A DNA stretch of 42,231 nt from an uncultured Candidatus Saccharibacteria bacterium (GTDB taxonomy: Bacteria > Patescibacteriota > Saccharimonadia > Saccharimonadales > UBA7683), in NCBI GenBank assembly GCA_964448015.1, contig CAYUUV010000003.1:1-42231 (forward strand), given 5' to 3'. The notes under the pieces were generated by a model. That model had not been told where the DNA came from and did not search any database. It was given only the letters and a program-made list of their open reading frames with translations. A program made the position numbers and the translations under genes. Shown piece by piece: positions 19,605 through 27,766 of the stretch. Numbering within the stretch: position 1 is the first letter of the stretch; every line of letters begins with the position of its first letter.

Positions 19605-20750
19605 ATGAAAATGTTTCAAGGATTAAACCAACTGAAAGCGTTGTTAGTCTTCGCGCTTGCCTTTGGCGCAGTGGCTCTCATCAACGCCCCAGACGCCCTC
19701 GCCGCCACCAAAACCTGGACTGGTGGCGGTAGTGACGATAACTGGAGTACTGCAGCAAACTGGTCTCCATCTGGTGCACCAGTAGATGGTGATGACATAG
19801 TTATAGGTGTGGATGTTAATGGAAGCACACTTGATGTAGTCAATGATATCAGTGGTCTGAGTGTTAACAGTATTACATGGGCTGGTGTTTGGCAGGACGG
19901 TGTACCTACTAGAATTGATACGACAGCACATGTACTGAATGTAACAGGAGATATCGACGGAGGACCTTCACTTATTGCGGGTATAAAAGGAGGTATTGAA
20001 CTTGGCGATGATATCAGTATTCTCGGTGTTACTATGGGCACATATGGTGTTACGACCAGTCACACGATAGATCTTAACGGCTACGAGTTAACATTTGACG
20101 CTAGTTCTAGTAATGGTAGCTTGACTGTGAATCAATCTATTGTCGGCGACGGTAGCGTAGTGTATCTCGTGGATGTGATGTTATACGAACCGAATTCATA
20201 TAGTGGTACAACAATTATACAAACACCGGAGCAATCTGGGGTTACAGAAATTGACCTCACTCCAAGTGAGATGTTTGGTACATCATCTATTACTATTAAG
20301 AATGGGTCAAAAATACAGATATCCTTTGAGGAGGGTGCTTATACATGGTCTAATCCAATTACTATCGAAGCATCTCCAGATGATTTAGATTGGGCGCTAT
20401 TCTTATATTGTGTGACTGAGACGCCCGGAGCATGTACGGTGACAATTCCGAACATAACACTCGTAGGAAATGCGGCATTTGCATCAAACGACGGTATAGT
20501 GGCAAATTTAGCGGGATTTACTGCTAACGGGTTTTGTCTAGATTATTCATACAGCGGTGGGGTGGTGAACGATGGGCCGCCTGCATGTCAAATAACACCT
20601 GGTAGTTCAGTTACCAGCGTGCCGGGTGCGCCTAATAGTGGTGAGATGATGCGGTCTCCGTTGGTTGTTGTGCTTGCTAGTGTGGCTGGATTGGGTGCTG
20701 CTGGCTTTGCGGTGAAGCGGGGGCTGGCGTTTGCAAAAGCTCGCCGCTAA
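19605..20750 (+). CDS. Secreted surface protein (beta-helix/autotransporter-repeat-like N-terminal motif) with C-terminal sorting-signal-like tail
   Basis: The signal peptide ends ...APDALAA. It is followed by TWTGGGSDDNWSTAANWSP. The C-terminus is VPGAPNSG followed by a hydrophobic helix and KRGLAFAKARR. Confidence 0.75.
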   Translation: MKMFQGLNQLKALLVFALAFGAVALINAPDALAATKTWTGGGSDDNWSTAANWSPSGAPVDGDDIVIGVDVNGSTLDVVNDISGLSVNSITWAGVWQDGVPTRIDTTAHVLNVTGDIDGGPSLIAGIKGGIELGDDISILGVTMGTYGVTTSHTIDLNGYELTFDASSSNGSLTVNQSIVGDGSVVYLVDVMLYEPNSYSGTTIIQTPEQSGVTEIDLTPSEMFGTSSITIKNGSKIQISFEEGAYTWSNPITIEASPDDLDWALFLYCVTETPGACTVTIPNITLVGNAAFASNDGIVANLAGFTANGFCLDYSYSGGVVNDGPPACQITPGSSVTSVPGAPNSGEMMRSPLVVVLASVAGLGAAGFAVKRGLAFAKARR

Positions 20751-20786
20751 GATGACTGTTTTGACAGCGTTACAAATATAAAGATA

Positions 20787-21212
20787 GTGAATTACGATAT
20801 GCAAGATCAAAATCAAAGTTCAGAACCAAAGCCACAAGACTATAGTGAACCGCCGGTTGCCACTGCGCTGAATTTTCAGCAAGGTGGTGTACCCACTGGT
20901 GTACCACCGGCTCCGGTTACGAGCATTCCACCTTCGACGGCTCAACAAGTTCCCCCTTTCCCCGTGGGCAAGCTACTGTTCATTATCTTCGGGCCAGGTG
21001 TATTGCTCGTGGCGAGCATGATTCTCCAGGTGTTTCGTAGGTTCATATTCGCTACCGTTGACGGCGGTGGCAGTACTGGTGGTGGGGTTGCGGGTATAAT
21101 TATTAACCTGATTACACTAATACTGGGAGCAGTCGCGGTTATTGGGATCATATTGATGCCAGTATCCATCATACTATTGGTGGTTAGGTACAATAAGAAA
21201 AAGAACCAATAG
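20787..21212 (+). CDS. Membrane protein with Pro-rich N-terminus
   Basis: The start is either the GTG at 20787 or the ATG at 20799. A P/Q-rich N-terminal region is followed by three hydrophobic helices and a KKKN tail. Confidence 0.55.
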   Translation: MNYDMQDQNQSSEPKPQDYSEPPVATALNFQQGGVPTGVPPAPVTSIPPSTAQQVPPFPVGKLLFIIFGPGVLLVASMILQVFRRFIFATVDGGGSTGGGVAGIIINLITLILGAVAVIGIILMPVSIILLVVRYNKKKNQ

Positions 21213-21428
21213 TGCACATGAAGCATGGGTCAATACAGCTTGATTCCAGCTTTCAAAACTCCACACTTGTCATCCCGTGCAAAGTCGAGGGATCCAGTGA
21301 ATGTGCAACAAATCAATCAGATCTTTTGACACCCATCCGTCATACCCGGCCTTCTTGCCAGAGAAAGACAGGGCGCTCAAGATCACGACTGTAATAGGTC
21401 GCGGTTGTATAATTCAGGTTTGTAAGTG

Positions 21429-21457
21429 TTGACAAGTGGTTTTTATCAAGGTACTAT
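21429..21457 (+). promoter_or_regulatory. Candidate promoter for the 100-aa secreted protein gene
   Basis: TTGACA (21429-21434), a 17-nt spacer, then TACTAT (21452-21457). Confidence 0.5.
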
Positions 21458-21495
21458 AGACTAAGCATAAGCAAAAATTAAACAGGAAACATGTT

Positions 21496-21798
21496 ATGAA
21501 GAAGATTGCGAGAATAGTAGTTTCAGCAGCAATGACATTATCAATACTTGTGGTACCGACTGCGGCTTATGCAGAAAGTACGTCTACAATTGTTGTTGAT
21601 GATCCTACTGCTAGTACCGCCTTACCAGCAACAGGTGCCACCGAAACGCCTACAACGCCTACAACACCTAATTCTGGCGCTGCACCACTACAAAGCAAGC
21701 TTGCACAGAATGCAGCCGTTTTTATTGGCGGCAGTACTCTTGGAGCAGCTCTGGGCTTTGGGGTGATTACGCTACGAAGAAAGCAAAACCAGCAGTAA
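21496..21798 (+). CDS. Small secreted Thr/Pro-rich protein with C-terminal sorting-signal-like tail
   Basis: The signal peptide ends ...AAYAEST. An internal LPATG is present. The C-terminus is TPNSGA followed by a hydrophobic helix and RRKQNQQ. A strong terminator follows. Confidence 0.65.
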   Translation: MKKIARIVVSAAMTLSILVVPTAAYAESTSTIVVDDPTASTALPATGATETPTTPTTPNSGAAPLQSKLAQNAAVFIGGSTLGAALGFGVITLRRKQNQQ

Positions 21799-21819
21799 AA
21801 TTGTTCTTTCGTTCTACCT

Positions 21820-21846
21820 ATAGCCTCCTTGAGAGGCTATTTTTAT
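21820..21846 (+). terminator. Rho-independent terminator
   Basis: The stem is ATAGCCTC/GAGGCTAT with a CTTGA loop, followed by TTTTAT. Confidence 0.8.
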
Positions 21847-22020
21847 ATGTAAATTGATACTTTTGCCGTACAATAAAAGATAGTATCGGTATGACAGAAT
21901 GTTATAGCGATCTTTATGAAAATTATTTGAACATCCGCTAATACATTTCCTCGTTGCTACTACTGGTAGAGTCTGTTGTGAGTAAGCAAGAAGAATACTA
22001 GAGGCGTTGAAAGGACATAT

Positions 22021-23538
22021 ATGGAACTATTTGTGGTTATTGCCGCTATTGCTGGTATAGCAAGCGGTTTTGCAGGTGCAACCATTACAACCAAGAAAAA
22101 GCTTGGTTCTGCTGCTGAGAATGCAAAAAAAGAACTTGAAAAGGCACGAAAAGAGGCAGATCTATTAGTGCTTGATGCAAAAAAGCAGGCGGTGGCTTCT
22201 ATGGAAGAAGCAAAGCGTGAAGAAGCAAGGCGTCGTAAAGAGCTCAAAGATACCGAACTTCGCTTACTGACACGAGAAGAATCACTCGATAAAAAACTTG
22301 ACGAACTCGATAAGCGCACCGAGCGGCTTCGTAGTAGCGAAGATGAACTTGAAAAACTGAAAGACGAAGTCCGCACCATCCGCGGGAACGCGCAAGAAAA
22401 GCTGGAGAAAATCGCCAAACTCTCAAAAGCCGATGCAGCTGAAAAATTGATGCAAATGACCGAGCGTGATATCAAAAAAGATCTTGAAGGGCTGGTTGCT
22501 AAGCTGCAGCGTGATGCCGTAGAAGACGCCGAAGAACGAGCGCAGGTTGTGCTCACACAGGCCATGGAGCGCATGGCTAGCGATGTCACAACCGAAAAGA
22601 CAGTTACTGCCGTCAAGCTAACCGACGACGAAATGAAGGGCCGTATTATTGGTAAAGAAGGGCGTAATATACAAGCAATCCAACGGGCAACTGGTGTGGA
22701 TATTTTAGTTGATGACACTCCGGGTATGGTGATTATGTCAAGCTTTGATCCAATTCGCCGGCAAGTTGCACGCCTGACACTGGAAATGTTAATGAAAGAC
22801 GGACGTATTCATCCTGGGCGTATTGAAGAGGTTGTAGAAAAAGCTCAAAAACAAATTGATAAAGATATTGACCGGGCGGGTGAAGACGCCGTTCGAGAGG
22901 TTGGCGTGGTTGGCTTAGTGCCAAAAGAAATGATGCGGCTACTGGGTGAGTTGAAATTCAGAACAAGCTACGGCCAGAATGTCTTGAAGCATAGCACCGA
23001 AATGGCGCATATTGCTGCGGTAATTGCTGAAGAAATCGGTGTTGATGTAAAAACGGTTAAGGTTGCGGCACTGCTGCACGACGTTGGCAAGGCTTTGACA
23101 CATAAAATTGAAGGTAAGCATCATCATATCAGTGCTGAAATGGCACGTAAATACGGTATGAGCGACGCAATTGCGCACGCCATTGAGGCTCATCATGACG
23201 ACATTGAGGCAACAACTCCCGAGGCGTTGGTGGTGCGTGTTGTTGATGCCCTCTCTGCTGCACGACCAGGTGCGCGTAATATATCAGCAGAAAACTTTGC
23301 TGAACGCATGCGTGAGCTCGAGAACGTTGCCAATAGTTTCCCGGGTATCGACAAGAGCTACGCTATCTCAGCTGGTCGAGAGGTCCGTATTATTGTGCGA
23401 CCAGAAAAGGTTGACGACCTGACGGCCATTAAATTGGCGAGAGATATTGCCAATAAAATTGAAAGTACCATGCAGTATCCTGGAACTATTAAGGTTAATG
23501 TTATTCGTGAAACACGGGCTACTGAGTACGCAAAATAA
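22021..23538 (+). CDS. rny: Ribonuclease Y
   Basis: It has an N-terminal TM helix and a long charged coiled-coil. The KH domain is GRIIGKEGRNIQAI and the HD domain is LLHDVGKA...HH. Confidence 0.95.
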   Translation: MELFVVIAAIAGIASGFAGATITTKKKLGSAAENAKKELEKARKEADLLVLDAKKQAVASMEEAKREEARRRKELKDTELRLLTREESLDKKLDELDKRTERLRSSEDELEKLKDEVRTIRGNAQEKLEKIAKLSKADAAEKLMQMTERDIKKDLEGLVAKLQRDAVEDAEERAQVVLTQAMERMASDVTTEKTVTAVKLTDDEMKGRIIGKEGRNIQAIQRATGVDILVDDTPGMVIMSSFDPIRRQVARLTLEMLMKDGRIHPGRIEEVVEKAQKQIDKDIDRAGEDAVREVGVVGLVPKEMMRLLGELKFRTSYGQNVLKHSTEMAHIAAVIAEEIGVDVKTVKVAALLHDVGKALTHKIEGKHHHISAEMARKYGMSDAIAHAIEAHHDDIEATTPEALVVRVVDALSAARPGARNISAENFAERMRELENVANSFPGIDKSYAISAGREVRIIVRPEKVDDLTAIKLARDIANKIESTMQYPGTIKVNVIRETRATEYAK

Positions 23539-23545
23539 TTGTGTA

Positions 23546-23568
23546 ACGTAAGACGTAAGACGTAAGAC
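23546..23568. repeat. Heptamer tandem repeat (ACGTAAG) x3.3
   Basis: Direct reading gives acgtaag acgtaag acgtaag ac. It starts 8 nt after the rny stop codon. Confidence 0.9.
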
Positions 23569-23750
23569 ATGTCGAGATTAGAAGGGGAGAGTTATGATTT
23601 TTACTACCTCAGCCTTTGAGGTGGGATTTGGTGATACATGTCTATGATTAAGTAACTGGCGGGTTTTTTAACCAAAGATCAAATAACACTAGCCTAAGCA
23701 CAAACCTTTTGTTACAATATCAAACATAAGTATGATAGGAGAAATCTAAC

Positions 23751-24683
23751 ATGGATCCAAATGGTGGTATCGGTCTAAATGGGCCGCGTCTTGATACAAC
23801 TGGTCAGCAACCTCAACCAAACGGAGCGTTTACCGCTGCACCCCTCGCTGTGCAGGCTGCTCCTCTTTCTATGGATCCCAATACCGGGCTATCTACAGAA
23901 GTGCCAGGCTCACAATTTGCGGCACCATCGAGCCCGATGGCCCCTGGTCTTGATATGGCGCCACCGCCACAAAATATTCAACCCGATACCTCATTTGTAC
24001 AGCAGACCGGACCAGATAATAAAAAAATTACTATGATCGCAATCGGTAGTGTTATCATCTGCATTATTATTGGCGGAGCCATGTTCTTTGTGGGTTTTGC
24101 AAGCGGTAAGAGTAAAGGCCGAGCTGAGGCGGATGTTGCCTGGCAAAAGAAAGAGGCAGAGCGCCAAGCCGCCGAAAATGAAAAGAATAAAGATGATTCT
24201 GCTGATGTTGCAGAAGAACTAGTGCTTGGTGAGCTTGAAGATCCAGAATACGTCGATGAAACCATAGAAGGTGAGATTGGTGAGCAAACAGCAGCGAGTG
24301 ACGGCCTCATTCTCAAAGTTACCAATATCGAACGTAACTTTAAAACTGACGATGCAAACTATAAACTGGATTCTACGAAAGAATTGGTGAAGGTTAACTT
24401 CATTATTGGCAATATTGCAAAAGACAAACCAAAAGATATTAATAGTTTTGGTTTCAGGCTTGAAAATTCAGCAGCCGCGAAGTTGGTACCTGAAAATATC
24501 GCCGCATATCCAGATAAATTTGATACCGTTAAGCTTGAGCCCGGTGCACAGACTAAGGGTTCAATCGTATATCTTGTCAACAAAGATGAAGCACCGCTGA
24601 AGTTCGTACGAGAGCAAATATACCGTATTTCTGGGCAGAATCGAGAGGTCACAACCAGAACTATAATCGCAGTTGCCAAATAG
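23751..24683 (+). CDS. Membrane-anchored extracellular protein (C-terminal beta-sandwich, DUF4352-like; tentative)
   Basis: A P/Q-rich N-terminus is followed by the TM helix ITMIAIGSVIICIIIGGAMFFVGFA and an acidic linker. The beta-rich C-terminal domain includes VKLEPGAQTKGSIVYLV. Confidence 0.7.
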   Translation: MDPNGGIGLNGPRLDTTGQQPQPNGAFTAAPLAVQAAPLSMDPNTGLSTEVPGSQFAAPSSPMAPGLDMAPPPQNIQPDTSFVQQTGPDNKKITMIAIGSVIICIIIGGAMFFVGFASGKSKGRAEADVAWQKKEAERQAAENEKNKDDSADVAEELVLGELEDPEYVDETIEGEIGEQTAASDGLILKVTNIERNFKTDDANYKLDSTKELVKVNFIIGNIAKDKPKDINSFGFRLENSAAAKLVPENIAAYPDKFDTVKLEPGAQTKGSIVYLVNKDEAPLKFVREQIYRISGQNREVTTRTIIAVAK

Positions 24684-24715
24684 CTTACACACATCTTCAC
24701 CATAGTATCATTTTA

Positions 24716-24743
24716 AAAACAGCCCTTGGATGGGCTGTTTTTA
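24716..24743. terminator. Bidirectional intrinsic terminator between convergent genes
   Basis: The stem is AAAACAGCCC/GGGCTGTTTT. It is flanked by A and T runs on both sides. Confidence 0.75.
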
Positions 24744-24768
24744 GGTATACGATATGTGAACTGAAAAC

Positions 24769-24957
24769 CTAGGCTTCCTGGCCGCCACGGAAGCCGAGAA
24801 TTGCCACTACGCAGCTTGCCGCCATATTAATGAGTACAACGTTGATGACATCAAGATCCTGGCTGATGGCTAAAATAATAGCCGTTCCGAGCCACATGGT
24901 AGCAATAACACCAGCGGTGTAGGGGTATTTCACAAAAAGGATTATATCTTTGAACAT
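24769..24957 (-). CDS. Small two-TM membrane protein
   Basis: The 62-aa ORF has two hydrophobic helices. It lies directly downstream of the ABC1 kinase gene on the same strand. Confidence 0.5.
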   Translation of the reverse strand: MFKDIILFVKYPYTAGVIATMWLGTAIILAISQDLDVINVVLINMAASCVVAILGFRGGQEA

Positions 24958-24995
24958 AGGTATACTGTTATTATAGCATTAATTTATAAATAAAT

Positions 24996-26618
24996 CTACT
25001 TTTTAGCTGAAACTTCAGGGGTATTCTTAGGCCGAGCTGAATCTTCTGCTGTTTTTGTTTTCGGTTGTCGATCTTCCTTCTTGGCACCGCTGCTAATTTC
25101 AGAAGCAGCATTAATTTTTGTCACAAATGTCTTAAAAAGAGCCGGGTCTCTGATGGCAACTCGTTCCAGCCACTTACTAATGACTTCCATGGCGCGGCTG
25201 ACACTCATGGTGCTTTCAGTTTCTTGTGTGTACTCTGGCCGTTGCTCGGCAACATAGAGTAAGCCTTCTCGAAAAGCATCTGGTAGTACCTCAGACTTTA
25301 AGTTCAGTGAATCAACCAGTGTAATGTAACTTTGTGCGGCACGGAGCATTTCGCTGTCTTCGATCTTCATAACAAAGCCGAACCGATTGCCTTTGTTGAC
25401 CACCTGGTTAACTGTTGAGAGAATATTACCATTTTTAATGAGTGCTTCCAGATCGTCGCCACTCATTTCTTGTTTAAAATTTGATTCAGCAACGAGGCCC
25501 ATTTGTCGAGTCAGGTCGTTACTTTTGTCGCTCGAAGGCAGTAGGCTTGTAATCTTCTTCATGGCCTTGTATAAGTCACTCACAAAAAATCGTAAAAACT
25601 GACCAAGCATCATTGGGATATCAATTTCTCCGCGTAGCATTCGTTCGTATTCACGGAGTACTCCATAAAACGCCGCTTTTTCTTTGGGGCTTTTGGCTGA
25701 AATTCCAAAATCAATTAATGCCACACGGTTTTCACTAAGCAATTTAACATTGCCAGGGTGTGGATCTCCCTGTACGCGCGGTAGCATAAAAATGCCGCGA
25801 ATGTATTCAAAGCCAACTGTTTTCAATTGGGTGCTCAGGTCTGAACCCAGCTTCTGCTGGACATAATCGGCAGGGTCGATACCCTGTTCTTTAAATCGGA
25901 GGAGTTGGGCAACTGAAATGCCATCAATGTATTCCTGCACAATAATATTTGGAGTGCAGAGCTCTAAATAGGTGCGCGGAATTACAAACTGGGGGTTATC
26001 GCGGTAAGCAACCCAGAGTTCATGCGCAAAGCGTGCTTCTTCAATATAGTCTGTTTCGCGCATAGTTGCTCGCTTAAATTCGTTAATAGCATTTAAAATA
26101 TCAAGATCCATGTTGCGATAGATCTTGTTGATAAATGCTCGCATCACGAGGCCAATAAGCTTTAAATCATACGAAAGCGTTTCACGAATCATGGGCCGCA
26201 GCAGTTTTATGACTACGGGCGAGCCATCGGCCAGGTTGGCAAAATAAACTTGACCAAAACTGCCAGCTGCAAATGGGTTTGGCGCGATGCTAGCAATCTG
26301 AGAAAGGGTTTCAGGGTTCAGTTCTCGCTGAAGAATTGCTTGAATGTCGAGGGGCTCACTTTCTAGGTTCTCAAAAATACGTAGCCGATCGGCATTTTGC
26401 CAGTCACGCAGCAGAGTACTCTTTAGCAGTACCCCTTGTAAAAACTTGACATACACACCACCAAGTTTGGTAAATTCTTCACACAACAGATTATTCATTT
26501 CGGCATGGTGACCCTTGCGGTAGAGCAAATAGGCGTCTTTAACCATAGCAGTCAGCACCTTGCGTCGGTGTTTCTTGAGCTGTTTAATCTGCTTTTCTTC
26601 AAGTGTATGCGGGCTCAT
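24996..26618 (-). CDS. ABC1/UbiB-family atypical protein kinase
   Basis: Motifs FAAGSFGQVYFANL, VVIKLLRP, GDPHPGNVKLL and LIDFGI are present. Confidence 0.9.
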   Translation of the reverse strand: MSPHTLEEKQIKQLKKHRRKVLTAMVKDAYLLYRKGHHAEMNNLLCEEFTKLGGVYVKFLQGVLLKSTLLRDWQNADRLRIFENLESEPLDIQAILQRELNPETLSQIASIAPNPFAAGSFGQVYFANLADGSPVVIKLLRPMIRETLSYDLKLIGLVMRAFINKIYRNMDLDILNAINEFKRATMRETDYIEEARFAHELWVAYRDNPQFVIPRTYLELCTPNIIVQEYIDGISVAQLLRFKEQGIDPADYVQQKLGSDLSTQLKTVGFEYIRGIFMLPRVQGDPHPGNVKLLSENRVALIDFGISAKSPKEKAAFYGVLREYERMLRGEIDIPMMLGQFLRFFVSDLYKAMKKITSLLPSSDKSNDLTRQMGLVAESNFKQEMSGDDLEALIKNGNILSTVNQVVNKGNRFGFVMKIEDSEMLRAAQSYITLVDSLNLKSEVLPDAFREGLLYVAEQRPEYTQETESTMSVSRAMEVISKWLERVAIRDPALFKTFVTKINAASEISSGAKKEDRQPKTKTAEDSARPKNTPEVSAKK

Positions 26619-26630
26619 ATGCCACCTCAG

Positions 26631-26789
26631 TTACTTTTTACCAAAACCGATCACAAATAATGTGAGCGTAAAGAGCGTCAGTGCAATATACAGCTTGAAC
26701 ATATCGCCGCCGTCAGGCACCACAAAAGCCATCAGGATAACCGCTATCCAGACTAGTAATATTGTGGCAAATATCGAGGCATACTTCAT
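26631..26789 (-). CDS. Small two-TM membrane protein (52 aa, below ORF-track cutoff)
   Basis: Manual translation gives MKYASIFATILLVWIAVILMAFVVPDGGDMFKLYIALTLFTLTLFVIGFGKK. It ends 12 nt before the kinase ATG, and a GAGGTG sequence lies between them. Confidence 0.45.
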   Translation of the reverse strand: MKYASIFATILLVWIAVILMAFVVPDGGDMFKLYIALTLFTLTLFVIGFGKK

Positions 26790-26917
26790 TTTAAGCTTTA
26801 CATCCTAATACATTCATTTTGCACTATTATAACAAATATTTTCAAATATGTCTACATAACAGATATGATTCATCAAAATCTCTTTTTTTATATCAGCAAC
26901 TACCTCAGCGGTCAAGC

Positions 26918-26930
26918 TGGGTCGAACATA
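26918..26930 (+). repeat. Direct repeat copy A (TGGGTCGAACATA)
   Basis: This exact 13-mer recurs at 27646-27658. In both copies it is followed by about 40 nt of weaker similarity. Confidence 0.6.
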
Positions 26931-26977
26931 CTCCATAAGAGCTACTTAACAGCTTATTTGAAGACTGTACCCAGGTT

Positions 26978-27451
26978 ATGAATGGACTCAACGAGCTGAG
27001 GGGTGCTACCAGGTTAATTAGTGTCGTTCCACGTGATACACTACTACCAATGGTAAGAAAACGAATAGGTATTATTGTAGTTCCGCCCGGCGTCTTTATC
27101 GATGTTCACGAAAAGATAGCTGTTGATTTTCTCGCAACCAAGCTTGGTAACGACATAACGTTTCTGACGCCCGATAGACGAAGGGGTACCAAGACTCCAG
27201 ATATTGAGATGAATGGACTACGCTGGGAAATCAAAAGCCCTACGGGTAAAAGTTCACGCACCATAGAAAATAACTTGCGGCTTGCTCTCAAGCAATCGCC
27301 AAATATTGTACTTGATTTACGACGTATGGATGGACGTATTCCAACTAATAAATTTCTGAAGGAGATTGAGAAACAGTTCCAGCTTACAAAAACCATAAAA
27401 CGCATCATCGTTATTACTCGCCAAGAGGTACATATTGACTTTGAGCGTTAA
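26978..27451 (+). CDS. Stand-alone PD-(D/E)xK-type nuclease domain protein (CdiA-CT tRNase-like; tentative)
   Basis: HEKIAVDFLATKLGNDITFL...TPDIEMNGLRWEIKSP contains a D-x(n)-E-x-K core. It resembles the pattern I recall for CdiA C-terminal tRNase domains. No signal peptide or delivery domain is present. Confidence 0.5.
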   Translation: MNGLNELRGATRLISVVPRDTLLPMVRKRIGIIVVPPGVFIDVHEKIAVDFLATKLGNDITFLTPDRRRGTKTPDIEMNGLRWEIKSPTGKSSRTIENNLRLALKQSPNIVLDLRRMDGRIPTNKFLKEIEKQFQLTKTIKRIIVITRQEVHIDFER

Positions 27452-27645
27452 ACAGAGTACATTATTAGCAGAAACGTCGGACGCCACTGCTGGATAGCGG
27501 AGGCCAGCCGGCTTTCTTTATTTTAAGCCTCCTTTTCTAGCTATAAGTTATCAGCATACGGTGCATGAAATCTCCAACATATATCGCACGTTTAATAATT
27601 GCATAGAAAAATAACCCTATAAAACAGAGCTAATAATATACTGCT

Positions 27646-27658
27646 TGGGTCGAACATA
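27646..27658 (+). repeat. Direct repeat copy B (TGGGTCGAACATA)
   Basis: Exact match to 26918-26930. The two copies bracket the nuclease-like gene. Confidence 0.6.
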
Positions 27659-27766
27659 ACTGCTAAACGGTCTGTTTAAAGATCGTGCCAACGTAGTTCA
27701 TGTGTTTGATAACGTAAGAAATGCTTGTAACCTAAAAATCAGAGTGGTTCAAATAGAAAACTTGGT

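Noticed and set aside
21625-21645. The canonical-looking LPATG in the 100-aa secreted protein as its sortase motif.
   Set aside because: It sits about 30 residues upstream of the hydrophobic helix. It is also absent from the other two proteins, which have the same C-terminal architecture. The shared P-[NQ]-S-G motif, 6-13 residues before the helix, fits better. LPATG cannot be fully excluded.
21960-22718. A 252-aa Ser-rich ORF on the minus strand.
   Set aside because: It lies entirely antisense to the well-supported RNase Y gene. It is a low-complexity mirror of the Lys/Glu-rich coiled-coil codons, so it is a shadow ORF.
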